From an uncultured Bacteroidota bacterium (lineage in GTDB: Bacteria; Bacteroidota; Ignavibacteria; UBA10030; UBA8401), in the NCBI GenBank assembly GCA_963717445.1, contig OY970334.1, positions 3,987,704 to 4,051,703 of the forward strand: a stretch of 64,000 nt of DNA. The letters are read 5' to 3'. The notes beneath the pieces were generated by a model. It was not told the DNA's origin, did not search any database, and worked only from the letters and a program-made list of their open reading frames with translations. Each line of letters starts with the position of its first letter. Position 1 is the first letter of the stretch. Below, piece after piece: positions 50,619 to 58,038 of this stretch. Both the position numbers and the translations under genes were made by a program.

Positions 50619-53420
50619 ATGGCAAAACAAAAAAAGAAAAAAAGGGATGCGAAGATCGTCTACTCAACCCCCGTAGAGCACATGAAGCATCGTGACAAAA
50701 GGGTGAACATTCCCACAGAAGAGTTGCGGGACTTCGTAGCTGAAGATGAGAAGGCGCCCCAAAAGATGTTGTACCCCCGTGATCCGTCGCTCGACCCACA
50801 GCTGGTGTGGAAGGGAAAAGACGAGCAGGACTCAAAGCCTTTAGAAGTTCCCATTGTGCCTATCTACATTCAGGAGAAAATTCACCCTCAGGCGATTGTT
50901 GAGGATTTAAGGGCTCAAGCTCGAAAGGAAAAACCAGAAGATCAGGTTGGTTTATTTGATGACTTCAACGGCATTAACTTCGAGGAAATGATCGATTTCT
51001 ACCAACACGAGCAAAATTGGACAAATCGTGCGATTCTCGGTGACTCACTACTTGTTATGACCTCTCTCTCCGAAAAGGAAGGGCTGAAAGGAAAAGTACA
51101 GAGCATTTACTTTGATCCACCGTACGGTATTAAGTTTGGTTCCAACTGGCAGGTGTCCACCAGGCGGAAAGATGTAAAGGACGGTAAAGTGGAGGACACA
51201 ACGCGGCAACCAGAACAAATCAAAGCATTTCGTGACACATGGGAGAACCACATACACTCTTACCTTGCGTATCTTCGGGATAGACTCGTCGTCTGTCGAG
51301 ATTTGTTGACGGAAAGCGGAAGCCTCTTCGTTCAGATCGGAGAGGAAAACGTGCATCTTGTCAGATCAGTTCTTGACGAAGTGTTTGGGGCCGAGAATTT
51401 CTGCAGTCAAATTGCTTTTAGAACTGCAACAAGCCAGCCAACCACTTTGATTTCATGTGTCTACGATTTTGTTCTTTGGTATGGCAAAGTCAAAAGAGAT
51501 GTAAAATACCGCACGCTAAATCGAGAACGCGAGTACTTTGAGAAAATATCGACCTTTGGCTGGATTGAATTGCAGAACGGACAAGAAAGAACTCTCTCTG
51601 CCAAAGAAAAGAGAGGCGAAATCGCATTACCAGAAGGGGGCAAGCTTTTTAAGGACGCAGATATTACACTCGTGCGTAAACCCGACAAACCATACCAACA
51701 TCCGAGATTCAAAGGGAAGGAATTTCCGCTTTCACTTCAGCTTCGATATGTAGATGGCATTGAGAGGCTTGTTGCAGACGATAGAGTCGTTGTTGTAAAT
51801 GATCGCCTTTGCGGAAAACGATATGAGAGTGACATCCCTTACGTGAAGTATAATTCTGTTTGGGACGATACTATGCAAGGGACTTTCGAGCTGACAAAAG
51901 ACCCAAAAAAATATGTAGTGCAAACAGCACCGAAGGTGATACAGCGTTGTCTTCTTATGACCACTGAACCCGGGGACCTTGTGCTTGATCCGACCTGCGG
52001 TAGTGGCACAACCGCATTTGTCGCCGAACAATGGGGACGGCGGTGGATTACCATTGATACGTCGCGGGTAGCTCTCGCGCTGGCTCGCACGCGTCTCATG
52101 GGAGCGAAATTCCCTTATTACCTTCTCTCAGACTCAGCGGATGGAGCCCAAAAAGAGGCAGAAATTACGGGTAAAATCCCCTCAAGCATAGTTCCAAAAA
52201 GAGAAAATGACATCAAAAAAGGGTTCGTGTATCGACGAATCCCTCACATCTCGCTCAAGTCTATTACAAACGACAGACAGATCGACGCTATTTATGCGAA
52301 GCGACAAGGGAATCTTGACGCAATTCGTGCCGAGTTAAACACGTCTCTCAAGCAGTCATGGGAGGACTGGCAAGTACCAGGAGAAGCAGACCAAACATGG
52401 CCACACAAGACTAAGCAATTCCACGCAGAGTGGTGGAAGCTGTACCGTGAACGGCGGAAAGAGATTGATGACCTTATAGCACGTCATTCTGATACCGAGT
52501 TGCTGTACGATCAGCCGTACGAGGACAATAAGCGCATTAGGGTGACCGGTCCGTTTACTGTCGAATCACTTTCCCCTCACCGGGTACTCTCAACCGCAGA
52601 CGATGATCGCGATGGAAAATTCTCTGAACAAGAAGCAATGCAGCAACAAGACTTCGTCTCGATGATCCTTGATAATCTCCGGAAAGCGGGTGTTCAGAAT
52701 ACAGTAAGAAAAGAGCGACTCAAATTTGATCGACTCGATTCGTTTGCGGGGGTCTGGCTCCATGGTTCGGGTGAGTATTCGGAGAATGGCAAGAGGAAGC
52801 GAGTAGTCATATCTATCGGTCCTGAACATGGAACGGTCGGACCACAACTCATCAAAGAAGCAGCTAAGGAGGCGGTATTGGGGGTTGGTTTTGACTTGCT
52901 CATTGTCTGTGGCTTTGCCTTCGATCCCCACGTTTCCGAAGAGGCGAAACGGTACGGCAAGCTCACTGTCCTCATCGCCCGAATGAATCCCGACCTTGCA
53001 ATGGGTGATGAACTGCTCAAGAAGACTGGAGCAGGCAACCTCTTCATGGTGTTCGGTGAGCCGGACATGGAAGTGAAAAAGCAAAAGGATGGTAAGATCA
53101 TCGTCACTATCAAAGGTCTTGATGTCTACGATCCAACCACAGGTCAGATCCGCTCAAGTACTACAGACGACATTGCATGCTGGTTCATCGATACGAACTA
53201 CAACGGCGAGAGCTTCTTCGTGCGTCATGCTTACTTCACTGGTGCGGATGAGCCATACGAAAAACTCAAGCGAGCCCTCCGAGCCGAGATCGACGAGGCC
53301 GCATGGTCTGCCCTCTACTCCACCAAGAGCCGTCCCTTTGATACACCGATCACAGGAAAGATTGCCGTGAAGGTAATAAATCACTTCGGTGATGAGGTGT
53401 TGAAGGTCTATGATTTGTAA
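50619..53420 (+). CDS. mod: Type III DNA methyltransferase Mod (beta-class motif order)
   Basis: YFDPPY (motif IV), a variable central region, then VLDPTCGSGTT (motif I). Confidence 0.9.
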   Translation: MAKQKKKKRDAKIVYSTPVEHMKHRDKRVNIPTEELRDFVAEDEKAPQKMLYPRDPSLDPQLVWKGKDEQDSKPLEVPIVPIYIQEKIHPQAIVEDLRAQARKEKPEDQVGLFDDFNGINFEEMIDFYQHEQNWTNRAILGDSLLVMTSLSEKEGLKGKVQSIYFDPPYGIKFGSNWQVSTRRKDVKDGKVEDTTRQPEQIKAFRDTWENHIHSYLAYLRDRLVVCRDLLTESGSLFVQIGEENVHLVRSVLDEVFGAENFCSQIAFRTATSQPTTLISCVYDFVLWYGKVKRDVKYRTLNREREYFEKISTFGWIELQNGQERTLSAKEKRGEIALPEGGKLFKDADITLVRKPDKPYQHPRFKGKEFPLSLQLRYVDGIERLVADDRVVVVNDRLCGKRYESDIPYVKYNSVWDDTMQGTFELTKDPKKYVVQTAPKVIQRCLLMTTEPGDLVLDPTCGSGTTAFVAEQWGRRWITIDTSRVALALARTRLMGAKFPYYLLSDSADGAQKEAEITGKIPSSIVPKRENDIKKGFVYRRIPHISLKSITNDRQIDAIYAKRQGNLDAIRAELNTSLKQSWEDWQVPGEADQTWPHKTKQFHAEWWKLYRERRKEIDDLIARHSDTELLYDQPYEDNKRIRVTGPFTVESLSPHRVLSTADDDRDGKFSEQEAMQQQDFVSMILDNLRKAGVQNTVRKERLKFDRLDSFAGVWLHGSGEYSENGKRKRVVISIGPEHGTVGPQLIKEAAKEAVLGVGFDLLIVCGFAFDPHVSEEAKRYGKLTVLIARMNPDLAMGDELLKKTGAGNLFMVFGEPDMEVKKQKDGKIIVTIKGLDVYDPTTGQIRSSTTDDIACWFIDTNYNGESFFVRHAYFTGADEPYEKLKRALRAEIDEAAWSALYSTKSRPFDTPITGKIAVKVINHFGDEVLKVYDL

Positions 53421-53514
53421 AGGAAATTTTTTTTATGCACATGCCAACTTGAAATCTGATGCAAGCTGTGACCCATTAATAATTTTTCCCTAACGTTCAG
53501 ATATTGCCCAAGCG

Positions 53515-54645
53515 ATGAGGCGAGAGTCGATTAAAACGACCATCTTGAAAACGCCGCCAAGAATCTCTCGATTCAATTACTGGAACTTCCTCGACATCAA
53601 TCCACTCCTCCGCCAAAAATTTTACGAAAGGGATTATGATCTAACTGAATTCCGTTGGATGTTTGACAAGAACCTCTCTCAGCGGTATAAGGAGTCTTAT
53701 GAATCGGGAAACACCGAGGCACTCTTTGAATATGCTGAAATCAATCGCTTCTTCCTTCATCAACAGTGGGTTCGAGATAAGCTACAACTATGGCTGTTGA
53801 GGCCAGACAGAAATGTCAAAAAATGGATAAACCGTTTGCTATTCGGTGACAAGTCTGGAAGGCGGAATGAGACCAATCCGGCCGGTCTTCAGAGAATTGT
53901 GGAACGGGACAAGAGAATTTTCATTGATATGATCCGTCTTAGGCAAAAAGGCTATCCGCTAACCGGCTCGTCTTCCTCGAAGAAAGTAGTAGATACTCAA
54001 TCACGTTCGATTTTCTCAAAGCTCGCAAAAAAATATAATGTTGGCGAAGAATCAATTAGAGATGTATATAAGTACTATAATAAATTCTACAAGGAACAAG
54101 CCAAACTTATCGACAAGGAAACCGACCGTGCACTAAGGAGAATGATAAATAAGTTCTATGGAAGATTTCCTTTCAATCGTTATAAATACACTCCCAGATT
54201 TATACTGAGAGATTCCCTTCAAAAACAAACGAAGAAAATAAAACGGACTAAAAGCGAGATTTATCTGGAATGTCGGAGGCTATTGAAAATCTACAAGGAT
54301 CCGAGACTGTCGAAGGCACAAATAGAATACAATTTTGAGACATCAATACTTCAAAATGATTTTCATCGTTGGTGGCGAGGTACGATCAGCCGTTACTACC
54401 CCTGGGGGTTCACTGAAGAAGGATTTATTCGGTTTCTGCGAGACTGCAAAATTATACTCGAAGGTAACAGATACTTTCTCCCATACCAATGGGCTATTCA
54501 GAACCTCGTTGAAGTGATATACCGGATGTCTTCTAACCCCACTGAGGAAGAATTCATCAATGAATTGGAGGATATGAATATTAATGGCTTTTTTGATGTA
54601 ATGGGCTTGTTGCCGAAAGTCAACAAGATGAGATTGGGTCGATGA
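53515..54645 (+). CDS. Hypothetical basic protein with a possible HTH
   Basis: Long AT-rich ORF; IFSKLAKKYNVGEESIRDVY is HTH-like. Confidence 0.6.
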   Translation: MRRESIKTTILKTPPRISRFNYWNFLDINPLLRQKFYERDYDLTEFRWMFDKNLSQRYKESYESGNTEALFEYAEINRFFLHQQWVRDKLQLWLLRPDRNVKKWINRLLFGDKSGRRNETNPAGLQRIVERDKRIFIDMIRLRQKGYPLTGSSSSKKVVDTQSRSIFSKLAKKYNVGEESIRDVYKYYNKFYKEQAKLIDKETDRALRRMINKFYGRFPFNRYKYTPRFILRDSLQKQTKKIKRTKSEIYLECRRLLKIYKDPRLSKAQIEYNFETSILQNDFHRWWRGTISRYYPWGFTEEGFIRFLRDCKIILEGNRYFLPYQWAIQNLVEVIYRMSSNPTEEEFINELEDMNINGFFDVMGLLPKVNKMRLGR

Positions 54646-54694
54646 ACGCCATGAATTAAACCCAATGCGAAGTTCGTAATAAATGTTTAGGATT

Positions 54695-54765
54695 AGAGGT
54701 CAGCCTTCGGTATATCCGGACTTTCGCTCTAACAAAACCGTGTTGACGCTCGAAGGCTGACATCT
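54695..54765. repeat. 15-bp inverted repeat upstream of the small-gene operon
   Basis: AGAGGTCAGCCTTCG (54695-54709) / CGAAGGCTGACATCT (54751-54765), 14/15 match. Confidence 0.7.
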
Positions 54766-54860
54766 TTGAGTCCAAAGTCATCACGGTTTTTGTTTTTTAA
54801 GGCAATGATAAGGCGTCTCAAATAGATCAAATAAATGGTCTTAGAAAGCTGTAACCACTA

Positions 54861-55115
54861 ATGGAAGAACCCCTTAGCAAGAACGCAAATAAAGATGGTC
54901 AAGAGAGCAAAAATCTGCGACCGATTAGGATCCGGTCCGTTAAAGATGCTCGTCGGCTGCTGGCAAGAATCCTAAGGCAATTACAATTGGGTGAAATTTC
55001 GGAGTCGAAAGCAAAGACAATCTCTTATGTTGCAAATAGCTATGCGAAGTTGTTTGAGGTCTCTGAACTGGAAGAACGGGTCGCAGAACTCGAAAAGAGA
55101 ACGACGGCAAAATAG
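54861..55115 (+). CDS. Small helical protein resembling the C-terminal region of DUF5681-type terminase-small-subunit-like proteins
   Basis: IRSVKDARRLLARILRQLQLGEISESKAKTISYVANSYAKLFEVSELEERVAELE pattern, recognised by eye. Confidence 0.55.
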   Translation: MEEPLSKNANKDGQESKNLRPIRIRSVKDARRLLARILRQLQLGEISESKAKTISYVANSYAKLFEVSELEERVAELEKRTTAK

Positions 55116-55123
55116 ATCGATAA

Positions 55124-55465
55124 ATGGTTATGAGGATTGAAGAAAGAATTCGGAGGTTAGAACAAAAGCTTGGATTAGACAAAAGCATCGAGACAGACGT
55201 GGTAACTCTCTTATATGGGTGTGATGAATCACATGGACCTCAATTGGAAGCTGAAGGATGCGTAAGGGAGGGGGATTCGTGGGTGCGGTACGTAGAACCA
55301 AGTGAGAAATGGGCGAAAAGGCAAGAAGCGAAGGGACGTCGCATAAGGACCAGAATTATGTATCGAATTAATACTCCGAGCACCGAAACAGAGGACATCG
55401 TCGAAAAGGCCCAAACCAAGAAATTAAGTTCCTTAGTTAAAAATCGTTCAGCGGTTGCAGGATGA
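55124..55465 (+). CDS. Small hypothetical protein
   Basis: Operonic; N-terminal RIEERIRRLE; ATGA overlap with the next gene. Confidence 0.65.
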   Translation: MVMRIEERIRRLEQKLGLDKSIETDVVTLLYGCDESHGPQLEAEGCVREGDSWVRYVEPSEKWAKRQEAKGRRIRTRIMYRINTPSTETEDIVEKAQTKKLSSLVKNRSAVAG

Positions 55466-55722
55466 GTCTCAAGATACGAATCAAAGATTTGGAAAAAAAG
55501 AAGAACCCAACGGATCAAGGCCCAAAAAGTCACGTCATCATCTTCACTCCAGGTGTTGATAACGTTGATGCGCTGGTTGCCGAATATCGAAAAAAAGATA
55601 GCGAAAGCTTCCTCTTTGTCATCCCGCGATTCATGCGAAGGACAGAATTATCCGATATGAGTGCTCAAAGCGGAAATAATAACGATTCGAAACAGAATGG
55701 ATCCCAGTTAGGACGACCGTGA
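55462..55722 (+). CDS. Small hypothetical protein
   Basis: N-terminal MSLKIRIKDLE; GTGA overlap with integrase 2. Confidence 0.65.
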   Translation: MSLKIRIKDLEKKKNPTDQGPKSHVIIFTPGVDNVDALVAEYRKKDSESFLFVIPRFMRRTELSDMSAQSGNNNDSKQNGSQLGRP

Positions 55723-56975
55723 ATCCGAGTTTTTTGATACCGGAAGACATATTGTTGGAACCTCGGCTCCTCCAAGTGTACTGTTACTTGTTGAGGATGG
55801 TTTGTAATGAGCCGACGAAAATTCGTAAAGACGGGGTTATGGTGGAATTGAGGAGGCTGGAAGTAGCAATTTTAGGAAGAGACATCTCCCACGATCTTGC
55901 TTTACCGATGAGTGACATCGAACCGCTTTTGAACAAATTGGTCGAGGTAGAGCGAATCATAGTTGACAGAAAGGACGACCTTATGAAAATACGATTCATG
56001 AAATTGCTCTTCCCGCGGTCGAGTGATAGTTCAAACGATGAAAGCCTCCGGGGGGATGTCAGCGACTATTGGCTCGACGATTTCAAAACCGACTACCAGG
56101 AATATGTACAGACGAACCTTTCCCAAAAGTCACTTGATAATGCAAAAAGAGTGATGAAATTATTCTGCAATTTCGTTGGGAAAAAGAAGTTGGGCTACAT
56201 CAGGTCATCAGATGCGGAGGACTTCAAACAAATGCGCAAGAATCAAAAATCTCGCGTTTCAGATGCTACTATCAACATGGATATTAGAACCCTTAAGGCC
56301 GCATTCCAATTCGCAGTGGATGTAGGGAAACTTCATGAAAATCCATTCCGAGCTGTAAAGCAAATTCGATGTCCGCGAAAGCAAATGGCAACTTTCAGTC
56401 ATACAGAGTTTAAGCATTTGACTGGTCATATCAAAGAGCCCTGGCTGCTGGACATAGTCAGATTTGACGTGAATACTGGACTCCGACGAGGAGAAATTGT
56501 AAACCTACGTTGGAAGGATGTTGATCTGGCGAACAAACGCATGTTGATTCAATCATCAGCAGAGTACCAAGTGAAGCATGGAAAGTTTCGCCAAGTCCCT
56601 CTCAATAAGGCAGCATTGGGAATAGTCAAAAGACAAAGTAAGGAAACTGAGTGGGTGTTCTCTGACAGCAATGGGTATAAGTTTGTCGATGAATTTGTTT
56701 CGAAGAAATTCAAAGGGTATGTGAGGCTCTGCAAGCTTTCGGAGGAATTACATTTTCATTCTCTTCGGGCAACGTTTGCAACTTGGGCAATTGCGGCGGG
56801 AATGTCGATCTATGCTGTGAAGGCGATCTTGGGCCATGCGTCAGTGAAGACATCGGAAACCTATGCTTCATACGAAATGGACGCACTTCAGAAGGAAGTC
56901 GAAAAGATTGTTTTGGTCGAAGAAGCAGAGGAATTCAAAGCACCGCTGAAGCTTGTAGGCAAAAAACGATCTTAG
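55719..56975 (+). CDS. Tyrosine recombinase 2 with ~110-aa N-terminal winged-helix-like extension
   Basis: GLRRGE, VKHGK, HSLRA, LGH, ETY intact; core region resembles integrase 1. Confidence 0.9.
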   Translation: MNPSFLIPEDILLEPRLLQVYCYLLRMVCNEPTKIRKDGVMVELRRLEVAILGRDISHDLALPMSDIEPLLNKLVEVERIIVDRKDDLMKIRFMKLLFPRSSDSSNDESLRGDVSDYWLDDFKTDYQEYVQTNLSQKSLDNAKRVMKLFCNFVGKKKLGYIRSSDAEDFKQMRKNQKSRVSDATINMDIRTLKAAFQFAVDVGKLHENPFRAVKQIRCPRKQMATFSHTEFKHLTGHIKEPWLLDIVRFDVNTGLRRGEIVNLRWKDVDLANKRMLIQSSAEYQVKHGKFRQVPLNKAALGIVKRQSKETEWVFSDSNGYKFVDEFVSKKFKGYVRLCKLSEELHFHSLRATFATWAIAAGMSIYAVKAILGHASVKTSETYASYEMDALQKEVEKIVLVEEAEEFKAPLKLVGKKRS

Positions 56976-56991
56976 GAGTACAAAAATGCTA

Positions 56992-57020
56992 TTGCAGAAC
57001 GCAAACAATTTTCTTATATT
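56992..57020 (+). promoter_or_regulatory. Element-encoded putative promoter for tRNA-Asp
   Basis: TTGCAG-N17-TATATT inside the element, about 115 nt upstream of the tRNA. Confidence 0.5.
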
Positions 57021-57040
57021 GATTTCGAAGACTTGGGAAG

Positions 57041-57064
57041 CTTCTAACACTTCTTCTAACACTT
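57041..57064 (+). repeat. Candidate integrase arm-type sites, right end
   Basis: CTTCTAACACTT twice in perfect tandem. Confidence 0.7.
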
Positions 57065-57135
57065 TTTCACGTTGGAGGAGAGAAGAAAAACGCTGAATGG
57101 TGTCGGAAATGCTGAAAAGTCTAAGAAATATGCAC

Positions 57136-57210
57136 GGGGTCGTAGCTCAGTTTGGTTAGAGCGCCTGCCTGTCACGCAGGAAGTCGCGAGTTCGAGTCTC
57201 GTCGGCCCCG
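57136..57210 (+). tRNA. trnD: tRNA-Asp (GTC)
   Basis: Acceptor stem GGGGTCG/CGGCCCC, anticodon stem CCTGC/GCAGG with GTC, T-arm GCGAG-TTCGAGT-CTCGT; CCA not encoded. Confidence 0.97.
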
Positions 57211-57536
57211 CAGAAAATGGAAATACAGTGCGGCTAATGTTGGTCGCCCGCCATCTTTCAGGCGGGTCGGCCCCGCAGAAAATGGAAATACAGTGCGGCT
57301 AATGTTGGTCGCCCGCCATCTTTCAGGCGGGTCGGCCCCGCAGAAAATGGAAATACAGTGCGGCTAATGTTGGTCGCCCGCCATCTTTCAGGCGGGTCGG
57401 CCCCGCACAAAATGGAAATGGAGTGCGGCTATTCTCGCTCGCCCGCCATCTTTCAGGCGGGTCGGCCCCGCACAAAATGGGAATGCCTCGCGGCTATTCT
57501 CGCTTGCCCTCCATCTTTCAAAGGGGTCGGACCCGC
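57201..57536 (+). repeat. 65-bp tandem repeat, five copies plus a partial, each starting with the last 10 nt of tRNA-Asp
   Basis: Units start at 57201, 57266, 57331 (identical), 57396, 57461 (progressively diverged), 57526 (partial). Confidence 0.95.
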
Positions 57537-58038
57537 TAGGGCTTATCAGCAAGATCGAAAAATTTTGCCCCGCCCGTAAGAAAATCATTGGAATGGTTGC
57601 CCGCTGCGTCCGACATCCGGAGACTCTTATGTTCCTCTCGAAATCAATATCAGAATGCGAGATTCAATTGGTCCATTTCAAACCGAGCTGACCGGCATAA
57701 GCGGCAAAACTTCACTCACAAATGATTGCATTCTCGCGATGTCTCAATTCGAACAAAGAATTTTCCAATCCTCTTAGCGGAAACTCTTGCAAAAATCTCG
57801 CCATTACATTTGAAGTTTTATCCTGGAATGTGCATAACCAAAATGACAAACGCCCGAAATGAGCATCAGAAGGCGCTGCCGCTTAAACCATATCTTAACA
57901 TCTTTTGTCTAATGTCTTTCTACAATATCTGACAAACGCATGGAATTATCACTTGAAAACTCGCAAAAGGGAACAAACAATTCTCCATTATCAGATTATT
58001 ATAATAGACATCGAATCGCCGCTAATCATCTTTCTGTA

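Larger units (their letters stand above)
39290..57176. mobile_element. Integrative element (~17.9 kb) inserted at tRNA-Asp
   Basis: 41-bp perfect direct repeat of the tRNA 5' half at 39290-39330 and 57136-57176; tyrosine recombinase genes at both ends; cargo unlike the flanks. Confidence 0.92.

Noticed and set aside
53480-53515. attC site after mod (CCCTAAC near 53488)
   Set aside because: No complementary GTTRRRY arm or L-box pairing downstream.
39480-56975. Either island recombinase being the integron integrase for the cassettes
   Set aside because: Neither shows the extra IntI-specific insertion upstream of the HxxR motif, and neither is adjacent to the array start.
39290-57176. Intact prophage or ICE
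   Set aside because: No capsid, portal, tail, lysis, relaxase or type IV secretion genes are recognisable.
57201-57536. CRISPR array
   Set aside because: Whole 65-bp units repeat with no unique spacers, and no cas genes are present in the window.
57072-57588. ORFs 57072-57302, 57152-57367, 57358-57579, 57388-57588
   Set aside because: They overlap the tRNA and the tandem repeat; their peptide repeats are by-products of the DNA repeat.
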